Shown piece after piece: positions 24,314 through 37,600 of a stretch of DNA of 64,000 bases. A program made the translations under genes and the position numbers. The stretch's first letter is position 1. Each line of letters opens with the position of its first letter. Origin of the DNA: Basidiobolus meristosporus CBS 931.73 (lineage: Eukaryota; Fungi; Basidiobolomycota). The DNA is taken from contig MCFE01000116.1 of assembly GCA_002104905.1 (NCBI GenBank), forward strand, positions 1-64,000, given 5' to 3'. Below the pieces are notes generated by a model, which was not told where the DNA came from, did not search any database, and worked only from the letters and a program-made list of their open reading frames with translations.

Positions 24314-25462
24314 CTTTTCCCAATCCAGTTCGACCTAGAAACTGCCTCTTCTTTGTAGGTGCTCTCTTGCTGAGGTTCTAAAGGGATATCCGATGTTCTA
24401 AAGGTGGGGTGGGTGAGTCGAAGAGAAGCGAGGTGATCCATAGGTGGTGCTGGTGGTGGTACCTTGGTTGACTCGTGATGTGCGATGCGCTCCAAGGGGA
24501 TGAGGATGAGAGAGAAAAGTAGGGAGAGGCCGAGAAACGCGAACAACAACGAGCTCTAGAACAGAGAAAAGGGGGGGGAGGTTGAGGTCAGGTCAAAACG
24601 GGCAATTGGTCGTTACGGGGAAAGCCAACCTTATGGGTAGTCGAGGGGATGTCAAACAGAACTTCGTAGAACTCGGAGAGGCGGTCGAAGCTAGAGGTCA
24701 AAAAACTCAACAGAAATGCCAACACAAACACCACTATCCAATAGCTCATAAGCGGGTGCTACCTAAGCTGGTCACTTGTCAAAGTTCCGTCCGTTAGCCT
24801 CACCTCAATTTCTATCAATCGGATCCGATTTTGCCTGGCCGGTTCTCCATTAGGGGCGGTGGAAAATGCTTTTCATCAATGATGTAGTCCGGTTAGGGCT
24901 GGAGTGCGTGAATCAATAACAAATACTGGCAACTCAATCATAATTCTATCCACCATCCATGGCTTCCAAATTGTGGTGCCCCATTCAACACGTGTGATCC
25001 AACCGGTTGACTAGTTGTGTAAGAATTCGGCATTCCTTGTGGTGTTTCTTTGGTTCAAGCGTAAGGATGCGCTGGCCCCCAGAAGTGATTCTGGAGCCAC
25101 GAGAATGTATAGCTTTCACTTGTACCAAGATGTGCTCCAAACCACTGATGGGGTCTCGGATTCAATCGACAGTGGATTTTTTTTCTTGATTTTGCAACGG
25201 CACTTTTTCATTTTCAATGCCATCTTGCAAAGGAACCCCACCCTAAGTACCGTCAGAAGTTTTTTTATTGTTCCCCGATTTCTAGAATGCCAGTGGCTAA
25301 CTGCACGCTTTGCTTAGAAATGGTTTGCCGCTAGGATTCATCCCAATTGATATGATTTCTTGATGCTCTTTTTAGGCTAGATTTGGGTCAGTTCTTTGTA
25401 GTGATACCTATTGTCATTTCCATGAACACTATGGAGTGTTGGTTTGGTTGTATGGTGATGTC

Positions 25463-26120
25463 TGTTGTAAATTTTGTAATTACATCTAAATATTCACTTG
25501 GTTGCTTGGATCATAGTCTACAAATCTTGGAGAATTCTGCCCAAATTCCTTGTTGGGATTTACTTTGTATATTTCACCAAAACATCAGTTTCCCAGGAAA
25601 TGCAAGATCAGCAAGTAGTCCAAACAGCACCAAGCTTTGAACACATGTGCTTGGGACCTTCCTAAACATATTCTACATGCTTGTTCTGTTAAAACTATGT
25701 GAAAGTATGAGTATTACCTGTAAGAAAAAAAAGTAAGAAAAGGCCAGCAGAATACAGTCATAATACTGTAGTGAATTTTGTAATTCCACCTAAATCCTAA
25801 CCTAACTTGGTCACTTAGATCAATACCTACAGATCTTAGAGAATCCTGAAAAAATTCCTTGTTGAGACCTGCCTAGAATATTATCACCAAAACTTCAGGT
25901 ATTCAGAACATGAAAATTCAATAAGCTGTCCAAACATCCCAGAACCTTGCACACATGTACTTGTGACCTTCCTGAGCCTAATTTAGGTGTTTGTAATGCC
26001 AAAACTATGTAAAAGTATAAATACTACTTTTACATTCAATAAATCATTAAGCAAAAGCCATATAATCTACCTGTGCTCCCAATCACTTCCAATATCTCCA
26101 AGACTCTTACAGCAGGTTAT
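25463..26120 (+). repeat. Two Copia family A LTR copies (truncated 25463-~25710; full 25767-26114 plus start of PBS GGTTAT)
   Basis: Both begin TGT(T/A)GT..TTTTGTAATT.CAC. The second ends ...CCAAGACTCTTACAGCA followed by GGTTAT, matching the LTRs of the full elements. Confidence 0.85.
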
Positions 26121-26349
26121 TGTTGTAGAACTTGTAACTCCACCCAAATATTCACCTAACTTAGTAACTTAGATCATTACCTACAAATCTTAGAGAATAC
26201 TGACCAAATTCCTTGCTGCAATATACTTGCAATATTTTCACCAAAATGTCAGGTACCAAGTCCATGAAAATTAAATAAGTTGTTAAACAGCCCCAAACTT
26301 TGCACACATGCTCTTACAACCTTCCTAAGCCTATTCTATGTGTTTGTTA

Positions 26350-29300
26350 TGTTGTAAGAGTCTTGGAGATATTGGAAGTGATTGGGAGCATAAGTAGATT
26401 ATGTGGTTTTCACTTAATGATTTATTGAATGTAAAAGTAGCTTCATGTATGAGATGATGTCTAATATCTATGTGTTTGGTTCTAGCATGAGAAGTTGGAT
26501 TTCTACCTAGTTGTATACATCCTTGATTATCTTGAAATGATGTAATAGGCATTTTTTGACATAGGCCTAAATCTGTAAAAAGCTTTCTTAACCACATTGC
26601 TTCTATTGTAGCTTCACAGGCTGCCATGAACTCTGCCTCTGTGGTAGAAAGTGCTTTGGTTGGTTGCTTTCTTGAGTTCCATGAAATTGCTCCTTTGCAG
26701 TAAAGAAAGGTGTATCCTGTGGTGGATCTTCTGTCTTCTAAATTTTGTCCCCAATCCGCATCAGAGTATCCCACAATATCCTGTTCTGAATCCTTATAAG
26801 TGTATCTTAAGCAGATATCAGCAGTTCCTTTTAGGTATCTAAGAATCCACTTAACTGCTGCAATATGATCAGATCCATAGTTCTGATTATGTTGGCTGAC
26901 AACTACCACTGAGTATGAGATATCTGGATGTATTCCAAGCATGACATACATCAGACTGCTGACCATAGATTGATAAGGAAAGTAAGGGCTTTCAGATGGC
27001 ACCAAGCTCTCTTGATTTGGTTGAGTTTTGACCAAGTTAAGGTTGTCTTCATTGGGGTAGCTGCTGGTTTACAGTCTTCCATTTGGTACTTCTTTAGTAT
27101 ATCTTGAATAAACTTGGATTGGCTTAGGGGAGTAGTCTGGATACTTCTGTCTATGGAGAACTTAATCCCTAAGTAGTAACTGAGTTCTCCTAGATTGGAC
27201 ATCTTGAACCCTTTAGATAGGCTGTATTTAGTCTCTTCCAATGTTGCTTGGTTATTGGTTGCTATAGTAAGATCATCCACATATAGAGCTAACAGAACAG
27301 GATTTGCTCTATCTAGCTTATAGTATATACTGTAGTCAGCATTACTCCTTTTGAAACTCAAAGATTCCAAATCAGAATCTATCTTGCAATACCAGGCTCT
27401 TGGTGATTGTTTGAGACCATATAGTGACTTTTTAAGCTTGCAGACCAAATGGGGATTATCATGGTCAACAAACCCATCAGGCTGGTCCATATACATGTTC
27501 TCATCAAGTTCTCCATTCAAAAATGCAGTTTTTACATCCATTTGATGAATAAAAAACTTATATTTGGCTGCAATAGCCAATATCAATCTAATGGAATCAA
27601 ACTTGGCTATTGGTGCAAAGGGCTCAGTTTAGTCAAGTCCTTTTGTTTGAGAGTATCCTTTGGCCATAAGTCTTGCTTTTTGACTTTCAATTGCACCATC
27701 AGCCTTGTATTTTGTCTTGAAGACCCATCTGCATCCAATCAATTTTTGGTTAATTGATAATTTGACTAAGTCCCAAGTTTGATTTTCCATCAGGCCCTGA
27801 TATTTGTCAGTCATTGCAGACCTCCAAAACTTCATTGGAGGGCTATTTAGGGCCTCTTTTAGAGTCTGGGGCTCATCAATATGGACTGAATAGGCATAGG
27901 CTAAGTTTGTGCCCTGATTGATATAGTAATTTGGGCTATTTCTTGTCTGATTGGATCTCCAGGCATTTGATACTGGAATGATTGCTTCTGGAATATTCCT
28001 GGGCACTGATTCTGGCTGAACCACGGTTGTAGAGTCCTCTGGAATGAAAAAATTCTCATTGTTTTGCTCTGATTCAATCCTGACAATTGGTGGACTTGAG
28101 ATCAAATTTTTGTCATCACCTGATGTCATTTTTTGTGAAAATTTTGAATTTTCATCAAACAACACATCCCTGGACTTGATAAGCTTCTTTGCTTTGGTAT
28201 TGTAGAGTCTGTATGCCTTACTCTCATTGCAGTAGCCCAAAAATATGCATTTTACACTTTTTGGCTCAAATTTTGACTGATTTCCGGCCAGTTTTTTGGC
28301 ATATGCTGTACACCCAAATATTCTTAGATGTTCTGCACTTGGTCTGTATCCATACCATGCTCCAAATGGAGTAGAATCATAAAGTATTCTGTTATAACTC
28401 CTATTTTTAAGATATACAGCAGTGGCAATTGATTCCACCCAAAAATCATAGGATAATTTTTGATCATGGATCATAGATCCTGCCATATCAATTATTGATC
28501 TGTTAGCTTGTTCTGCTACTCCATTTTGCTGTGGGGAGTATGGTACAGCAGTCTCTTGCTTTATCCCATGAATTTGGAGAAGTGGATGAAGAGTTTTGAG
28601 GTATATTCTCCACCATTGTCAGAGCTTATTTTCTTGGTTTTTTCACCAGTTTCTCTCTCCACCATGGCTTTAAACTCCCTGAACTTAGACAGAGCTTCTT
28701 CCTTTCTCTCCATGAAGTAGACCCATGTGTATCTTGTATAATCATCAATAAAAGTGATTAAATACTTCATCCCGCCTAAGGATAAATTTTGCATAGGTCC
28801 ACACAGATCTGAGTGAATTAGATCTAGTTTTTTCTCAGTTTTGATTAACCCAGAGCTCTTGAACAATTGTCTGGCTTGTTTCCCATATATGCAGGCTTCA
28901 CAGTGGTCCAAATTAGCTGGGGGATCAATTTTCACTCCAAAAATTAGCTGATCTTTGATCATTTTACGCAAATAATCAAAATTGATGTGTCCAAATCTCC
29001 TGTGCCAAAGCATTGGTGTTTCTTCATTTAAGTTACTTATATTGGCCTCCAAATATGATGGAATGTAAGTCAAGTTGTATAGATTCTGATCTCTGATGCC
29101 CAAAGCAATATGGGCACCATTTTGAGCAGTGATCCTGCATCCAGAATTGTCAAAACTAAAACTGAGTCCTTCTGCTGTGGCCTTGCTTACAGAGAGTAGG
29201 TTCTTGGCTATTTCTGGTACATAGAGTACTTCTTTAAAGGTCAGCGTATGGCTTCCTTCACTGCTTCTTAGGTTTACTTGGATAGTTCCTTCTCCCACTG

Positions 29301-30606
29301 CATCAAGTTTCCTATTGTCACCCATGAAAACCTTCTTAATTGGAATTTCTTGATATTGGGTAAAAAGTTCTTTTTGGTGTGTAAAGTGATGAGATGCTCC
29401 AGAGTCAATATACCACATCTGAGAATCCTTGTTTGTGGTCATATTTAGTGCAGATATGAATAGTCTATCTTCAGTTGTTGCAGCATTTCCATATTCAGGC
29501 TTCTTTTGCTGATTATCTTTCTTTTTGAGACACCGGTCTGATGTGTGTCCTTTCCATTTGCAGTAGTTACAAAACAGGCTGCTGTTGCCTTTGTAGGGTC
29601 TTGGGTACCTCCTTTGTTGGTTATCAGTGCTTATTAAAGCATTTTCTTCTTCCTTCTTATTGGTGCTTGTTTTTCTTGATTCTTCATCCAGGAGCCTTCC
29701 ATATATGTAATTTAAGGTTAAATCTTCAGTTCTGGACTCTAGGGCTGATACAAGGCCCTAAAACTCATCTGTCAGGCTATTCAGGATGGTAACTATCACA
29801 TCCTCATCAGTAGTTGGTATGCCCACAGATTCCATCTCATCTACCAGCAGGGTAATTCTGTAATTAGATTTTCATTTCTTCTCCTGGCAGCATCTTTGTA
29901 GTAAAGAATTTTTGTCTCAGATATATTTTCTTGGCAGCTGAACATGACTGGTAGGTATCTTCTAATGCCTTCCAGGCATTCTTTGCTGTTTTTGCTCTTG
30001 AGCATTGAATTAGCAATTTGTCCTTGATATTAAGGCAAATGCAGTTAAAGGCACTTTGTTCTTTCTTCTGGTACTTTAAGGCTTCCTCTCCCACGTTTTT
30101 AGGAGGGCATTCTTCTCCCATGACAATATCCCAAAGGCCTCTTTCTTGTAGCAGCATCTTCATCTTCAACTTCCAGACTTGGTAGTTAGATCCATCCAAC
30201 TTTTCAGCAGAGGGAAAAATTCCAGTAATAGTAGTAGTAGATATTGCAGAGAGTGACAGCTCAGGGCTGATAACCTGTTGTAAGAGTCTTGGAGATATTG
30301 GTAGTGATTGGGAGAACAAGTAGATTATGTGGTTTTCACTTAATGATTTATTGAATGTAAAAGTAGTATTTATACTTTTACCTGGTCTTGGCATTGCAAA
30401 CATGTAGAATAGGTTAAGGAAGGTCCCAAGAACATGTGTGCAAAGTTTGGGGCTGTTTGGACAACCTTGAGAATTTTCATGTTCTGGGTAAATATTCTAA
30501 GTAAATCCTGACAAGGAATTTGGTCAGTATTCTCTAGGATTTGCAGGTAATGATCTAAGTGACTAAGCTAGGTGAATATTTAGGTGGAAATACAAATTTT
30601 ACAACA
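26350..30606 (-). mobile_element. Ty1/Copia family A copy 1 (5' LTR 30606-30276, gag-PR-IN-RT-RH, 3' deletion fused to an LTR U5 piece 26440-26350)
   Basis: gag KLDGSNYQVWKLKMKMLL; protease WYIDSGASHH; GAG-pre-integrase LWHRRFGH; integrase HSDLCGP/FIDDY/SDNGGEY; RT QMDVKTAFLNG, YVDD; RNase H GYSDADW, DNQGCI, HARTKHIDIRHH. Several frameshifts. Confidence 0.95.
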
Positions 30607-33600
30607 ATAAGTGTATCTTAAGCAGATATTAGCAGTTCCTTTTAGGTATCTAAAAATCCGCTTAACTGCTGCAATATGATCAGATCCATAGTTCTGATGT
30701 TGTTGGCTGACAACTACCACTGAGTATGAGATATCTGGACATGTTCCAATCATGATATACATCATACTGTCAACCATTGATTGATAGGGAAAGTCAGGGC
30801 TCTCAGATGGCACCAAGCTCTCTTGATTTGGTTGAGTTTTGCCCAAGTTAAGGTTGTCTTCATTGGGGTAGCTGCTGGTTTACAGTCTTCCATTTGGTAC
30901 TTCTTTAGTATATCTTGAATAAACTTGGATTGGCTTAGGGGAATAGTCTGGGTACTTCTGTCTATAGAGAACTTAATCCCTAGGTAGCAACTGAGTACTT
31001 CTAGATCGGACATCTTGGACTCCTTAGATAGGCTGTATTTAGTCTCTTCCAATGTTGCTAGGTTATTGGTTGCTATAGTAAGATCATCCACATATAGAGC
31101 TAATAGAACTGGATTTGCTCTATCTAGCTTATAGTATATACTATAGTCAGCATTACTCCTCTTGAAACTCAAAGATTCCAAATCAGAATCTATCTTGCAA
31201 TCCCAGGCTCTTGGTTATTGTTTGAGACCATATAGTGACTTTCTAAGCTTGCAGACCAAATGGGGGTTATCTTGGTCAACAAACCCATCAGGCTGGTCCA
31301 TATACACATCCTCATCAGGTTCTTCATTCAAAATGCAGTTTTTACATCCATTTGATGAATAAAAACCTTATATTTGGCTTCAATAGCCAATATCAATCAA
31401 ATGGAATTAAACTTGGCTATTGGTGCAAAGGTCTCAGTATAGTCAAGTCCTTTTGTTTGAGAGTATCCTTTGGCCATAAGTCTTGCTTTGTAGTGTCTGT
31501 ATGCTTTACTCTCATTGCAGTGGCCCAATAAAATGCATTTTACACTTTTTGGCTCAAATTTTGACTGATTTCTGGGCAGCTTCTTGGCATATGCTGTACA
31601 CCCAAGTATTCTTAGATGTTCTGCACTTGGTCTGTACCCATACCATGCTTCAAATGGAGTACAACCACAAAGTATTCTGTTATAACTCCTGTTTTTAAGA
31701 TATACAGCAGTGGCAATTGATTCCACCCAAAAATCATAGGATAATTTTTGATCATGGATCATAGATCTTACCATATCAATCATTGATCTGTTAGCACATT
31801 GTGCTACTCTATTTTGCTGTTGGGAGTATGGTACAGTAGTCTCTTGCTTTATCCCATGAATTTGATCTGTTAGCTTGTTCTGCTACTCCATTTTGCTGTG
31901 GGGAGTATGGTACAGCAGTCTCTTGCTTTATCCCATGAATTTGGAGAAGTGGATGAAGAGTTTTGAGGTATATTCTCCACCATTGTCAGAGCTTATTTTC
32001 TTGACTTTTTACCAGTTTCTCTCTCCACTATGGCGTTACACTGCCTGAACTTAGACAGAGCTTCTTCCTATCTCTCCATGAAGTAGACCCATGTGTATCT
32101 TGTATAATCATCAATAAAGGCAATGCAATACTTCATCCCTCCTAAGGATAATTTTGCATAGGTCCACACAGTTCTGAGTGAATTAGATCTAATTTTTTCT
32201 CAGTTTTGATTAATCCAGAGCTCTTGAGCAGTTGTCTGGCTTGTTTCCCACATATGCAGGCTTCACAGTGCTCCAAATTTGCTGGGGGATCAGTTTTCAC
32301 TCCCAAAATTAGCTGATCTTTGATCATTTTGCGCAAATAATCAAAATTGATGTGCCCAAATCTCCTGTGCCAAAGCATTGGTGTTTCCTCATTTAAGTTA
32401 CTTATATTGGCTTCCAAATATGATGGAATATAAGTTAACTTGTATAGGTTCTGATCTCTGATACCCAAAGCAAGATGGGCACCATTTTGGTCAGTGATCC
32501 TGCATCCAGAATTGTCAAAACTAAAACTGAATCCTTCTGCTGTGGCCTTGCTTACAGAGAGTAGGTTCTTGGCTATTTCTGGTACATAGAGTACTTCTTT
32601 AAAGGTCAGTGTATGGCTTCCTTCACTGCTTCTTAGGTTTACTAGGATAGTTCCTTCTCCCACTGCATCAAGTTTCCTATTGTCACCCATGAAAACCTTC
32701 TTGATTGGAATTTCTTGATATTGGGTAAAAAGTTCTTTTTGGTGTGTAAAGTGATGAGATGCTCCAGAGTCAATATACCATGTCTGAGAATCCTTGTTTG
32801 TTGTCATCTCTAGTGCAGATATGAATAGTCTATCTTCAGTTGTTGCTGCATTTCCATATTCTGGCTTTTTCTGCTAACAATCTTTCTTTTTGAAGCACCG
32901 GTCTGATATGTGTCCTTTCCCTTTGCAGTAGTTACAAAACAGGTTGCTGTTGCCTTTGTAGGGCCTTGAGTACCTCCTTTGTTTGTTATCATTGCTTATT
33001 AAAGCATTTTCTTTTTCATTCTTATTGGCACTTGCTTTCTTAATTCATTATCCAGGAGTCTTCCATATGCGTAATTTAAGGTCAGATCTTCAGTCTGGAC
33101 TCTAGGGCTGATACAAGTCCCTGAAACTTGTCTGTTAGGCTGTTCAGAATGGTAACTATCACATCCTCATCAGTAGTTGGTACACCCACAGATTCCATTT
33201 CATCAACCAGCAGGGTAATTCTGTTACTTAGATTTTTCATTTCTTCTCCTGGCTGCATCTTTGTAGTAAAGAATTTTTTTCTCAGATAAATTCTGTTGGC
33301 AGCTGAACATGACTAGTGGGTGTCTTCTAATGCCTTCCAGGCATTCCTTGCTGCTTTTGCTCTTGAGCATTGAATAAGCAATTTGTCTTTAACATTCATG
33401 TAAATGCAGTGAAAGGCACTTTGCTCTTTCTTCTGGTACTTTAAGACTTCCTCTCCCACATTTTTAGGAGGGCATTCTTCCCCATGACAATACCCTAAAG
33501 GCATCTTTCTTGTAGCAGCATCTTCATCTTCACCTTCCACACTTGGTAGTTAGATCCACCCAACTTTTCAGCAGAGGGAAAAATTCCAGTAATAGCAGTA

Positions 33601-33988
33601 GTAGACACTGCAGAGAGTGACAGCTTGGGGCTCATAACCTGTTGTAAGAGTCTTGGAAATACTGGAAGTGATTGGGAGAACAAGCAGATTATGTGGTTTT
33701 CACTTAATGATCTATTGAATACAAAAGTAGTATTTATACTTTTGCATAGTCTTGGCATTACAAGCATGAGGAGTAGCTTATGGAAGATCCCAAGAACATG
33801 TGTGCAGAGTTTGGGGGTGTTTGGACAACTTATCTAATTTTCATGTTCTGGGTACCTGGTATTTTGGTGAAAATATTCAAAGTAAATCCCAACAAGAAAT
33901 TTGGTCATTATTCTCTAGGATTTGAAGGTAGTGATCTAAGTTACTAAGTTAGGACAATATTTAGGTGGAATTATAAACATTTACAACA
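30607..33988 (-). mobile_element. Ty1/Copia family A copy 2 (5' LTR 33988-33640, PBS 33639-33628, decayed gag-pol truncated in RT/RH)
   Basis: Same domains as copy 1; internal deletion between integrase AYR and RT KARL; a 79-bp tandem duplication at 31785-31942; cut off where the copy 1 LTR begins. Confidence 0.93.
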
Positions 33989-34277
33989 TGTTATGCCAGA
34001 CTATGCAAAAGTACAAATAATACTTTTACATTCATTAGATCATTAAGTTAAAGTCATAAAATCTACTTGTTCTCCCAATCACTTCCAATATCTCCAAAAC
34101 TCTTACAACCAATTATTAGCACCAAGCTGTCACTCTCCATATTGTCTATTACTACTACAACTGGAACTTTACCCTCTGCTGAGATGTAGCATGGATCTGA
34201 CTGCCAAGTGTGGAAGGTGAAGATGACAATGCTGCTGCTACAAGAAAGAGGCCTTTGGGATATCTTTATGAGAGAAG

Positions 34278-34626
34278 TGCTGTAATAGTCTTGGAGATAT
34301 AGGAAGTGATTGCGAGAACAAGTAGATTATGTGATTTTTACTTAATGATTTATTTAATGTAAAAGTAGTATTTATACTTTTACACAATCTTGGCATAAAA
34401 AGCATGTAGAATAGGTTTAGGAAGGTCCCAACAACATGTGTGCAATGTTTTGGGCTGCTTGGACAACCTCAAGAGTCTTCATGTCTAGGTACCTGATATT
34501 TTGGTGAAAATATTACCAGAAAATTCTGACAAGGAATTTGGTCAGTATTCTCAAGGATTTTAAGGAAATGCTCTAAGTTACCAAGTTAGATGAATATTTA
34601 AGTGGAATTACAAATCTGTTACAACA
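34278..34626 (-). repeat. Copia family A LTR (solo-like)
   Basis: Full-length LTR homologous to 33640-33988; no matching TSD seen. Confidence 0.85.
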
Positions 34627-37600
34627 ACTGTTACATTCAATAAGACATCAAGTAAATGCCAGATAGTTTATGTGCTCTCCTAATCATTTCCAATATCTCC
34701 AAGACTCCTACAACAGGATATGTGCTCCAAGCTGTCACTCTTTGCAATATCTACTATTGCTGTTACTGGAATTTCATCCTCTGCTGAAAAGTTGGATGGA
34801 TCAAACTAACAAGTGTGGATGATGAAGATGCACTACAAGAAAGAGGTCTTTTGTATATTGTCATGGGAGAAGAATTGCTATAGACATAGGAGAGGAAGCC
34901 TTGAGTACCAGAACAAAGAACAAAGTTCCAATAACTGCATTTGCCTTAATGATAACAACAAAGTGCTAATTCAATGCTCAAGAGCAAAAACAGCAAAGAA
35001 TGCCCAAAAGGCATTAGAAGACACCTACCAGTCATGTTTAGCTGTTAAGAAGATGTATCTTAGACAAAAATTCTTTACTACACAGATGCTGCCAGGAGAA
35101 GAAAATGCAAAATCTAATTGACAAAATTGTCCTGTCAGTTGATCATATGGAATTAGTAGGCACACCAACTACTGATGAGGATGTTGTAGTAGCCATCCTG
35201 AATAGCCTGACAGACAAGCTACTGGGCCTTGTATTGGCCCCAGAATTCAGAACTAGGGATTTGATCTTAAATAACATGTATAGAAGGCTCCTGGACAAAG
35301 AATTAAGACACTCAAGCACCAATAAAAAGGACAAAGACAATGCCTTGATAAGCAATGATAACTAGCAAAGAAGGTACCTGATGTGAGTACTAAATGCAAT
35401 ACCCACTCTTTACCCAAGAGTTTTCCTCAGAGTCCTACCTGAAGTCCCCCAGTATCCTCCCTATGATTCCCCCACAATCAAACTAAAATGTACTAGGGAA
35501 AGAGAGAAAAAGCTCTTGAGTGGTTCAATAAGTTTGAGAGAGTTGTGGTTGATGCAGGATGGGATGATAATAAGAAAGTAAGGGAGCTTGCAAGACATAT
35601 GGAGGGGTCAGCATGGTGATGGCATTATGGGTTGGAAGATGCAGACAAAGACAACTGGGATTCACTAGAAGAAGCCTACAAGACACACTTTCTATATGCC
35701 AAAGGATACCACTACAAAGCCCTTCTACTGTCCTCACAGAAGAAAAGCAGTGAGAGCTATGAAGCCTACACTGAGCTGTTTCTCTAACAAGTTTGATATC
35801 TCCCATAGGAAGAAATTGCCAAACAACAGCTCATGAGGTATTACATCATGGGCTTAGATGACAAAATAAGACATAGGGCATCTAAGGAACAACAGGGATG
35901 TAAAACATTGCAAGAGTTGGTCAAACAAGTACAAGGAGTCATCTTGCTATGGGGGCTACCCTATAGTTATACAAATGATTGAAGGACAGGGATCCCCTGT
36001 AAGAAAGGAAAATAGGCTCCCCAAAAGACCGTGAGTTAGAGGAATTACGGCAAAAGGTCCACAAACTCTCAATCAACAATGTCCAAGAAATCCCCAAAGA
36101 AGGTGATAAACTCTGGGAAGCTGTTGTAGATTTAAAGGCCCAGGTACAAGCCCTGACCAAACAGATGGAACAACCGCAACAACAGTACCCATGTTATGTA
36201 TGTAAAGAAGTAGGCCACCAAGCCCACAAATGTGAAAAATGGTACAAACAAGAACCTGTACCAGACACAAAAGAGAAGGAGGCATCAAAAGACAGTGTCC
36301 CTTGCCAGGAGGCCAACAGGACTCAGTCAATTTAAGCCCTCCGGTCAGAACAGTCATAGTGCGGAAGAAGAAGCATTGACATGATGCTTCTAGAGAGGAG
36401 GCAAATGAACCTGTAGTAGAGGTTCTGTCAAAAGGAAAGAATGCCAAATTAGGTGAAGTGGTACAGAATGAGCCTTGGGAAGAAGTGTTGAAGCAAACAA
36501 AGAATGCTAATACATCTTCCCACAGCCTATTTGACATAATGAAGGTACTAGAGCAAACCAAGGCAACCCTCCCAGTAACCAATTTACTGGGACTGGCCCC
36601 GGCTCTAGTCAAAGAACTGATAGAGGAATTGAAGGAGATAGCAACCCTTCATGTCAGCCAGATGGTTCTGCAAAAACCAAATAAAGGTGCATATGTAAAG
36701 GTATGCATAGTGAATAAGGAGATTCTTGCCCTTATTAACACAGGATCCTCTACATTGATCATGTCAGAATCATTAGCAAAATGTCTAAAGTTAGATATAG
36801 TCCCCAACAACACCATTTGGGTATGGCTAGCAAATGACCAACTGGACACAATAGTAGGAGTGGTGCCTAATTGCCCCATCTGGCTAGGCAACTTGACTAT
36901 ACACCAAGATGTTGTGGTTCTACTTGTTGCAGCCAACAACTTACTCATTGGTGAGAGTTGGTTTATCCAACATAAGATGGACATTCTTTACAGTGCATCT
37001 GGACTCAGGCGGGATACCAAGAGTATCCCACTGATTCATATCACCAATGAGAATAAGGCATGTAGCAACAGTGTGACAATCAAAGAGGTGTAACCATTGC
37101 AGTCTCCAACCATCACACAAAAGGTGATAAAAATATCACCTGCCAGTGAGACAGTGATCTCATTAGAGACACCAATTGCTTATTTGACAAGCAGAAGAAT
37201 GATAACCACAGCAAAGACATCCAAGCAATTGGAAGGAATCTCAATCCCTAAAGTATGGATACCACCAGAATTTGAGCCGCAAAGTCTGAAGTGTTTAGTG
37301 GTTAACAACAGGCAACACACAGTGACACTGCCTAGAGGAGTGCCATTGTTAAACCTAGAGGAAGTCAACAGAAACAACAAAGGACCACCTACAAACAAGG
37401 AACCAGAAGAAGAACTCCCCAAACTAGGTGTGGACCCTGGTCTACCGCCTGCATTACAAGAAAAGTTCCTTGAAGGAATACATCCGCTTGCCCAAGTATT
37501 CTCTAAGGACCACGTAATTGGTCATCTACCTGGGGTATATCACTAAATCCACCTTGCCAACAAATACCGCATCAAGCAAAAAGCCTATAGGAACTCAAAA

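Larger units (their letters stand above)
26121..34277 (+). mobile_element. Host Copia A copy: LTR split into 26121-26349 and 33994-~34110, followed by degraded PBS and gag start
   Basis: The LTR sequence stops at ...TGTTTGTTA (26349) and resumes TGTTA-TGCCAGACT at 33989, giving a 5-bp TSD TGTTA. A gag fragment follows to ~34277. Confidence 0.8.

Noticed and set aside
24310-24549. Upstream ORF whose TGA overlaps the GPI1 ATG (ATGA)
   Set aside because: Its start probably lies in a 5'-leader intron and the peptide has no recognisable features; cannot be told from chance without ribosome profiling.
25007-25400. Short ORFs between the GPI1 promoter and the first LTR
   Set aside because: No recognisable domain on either strand.
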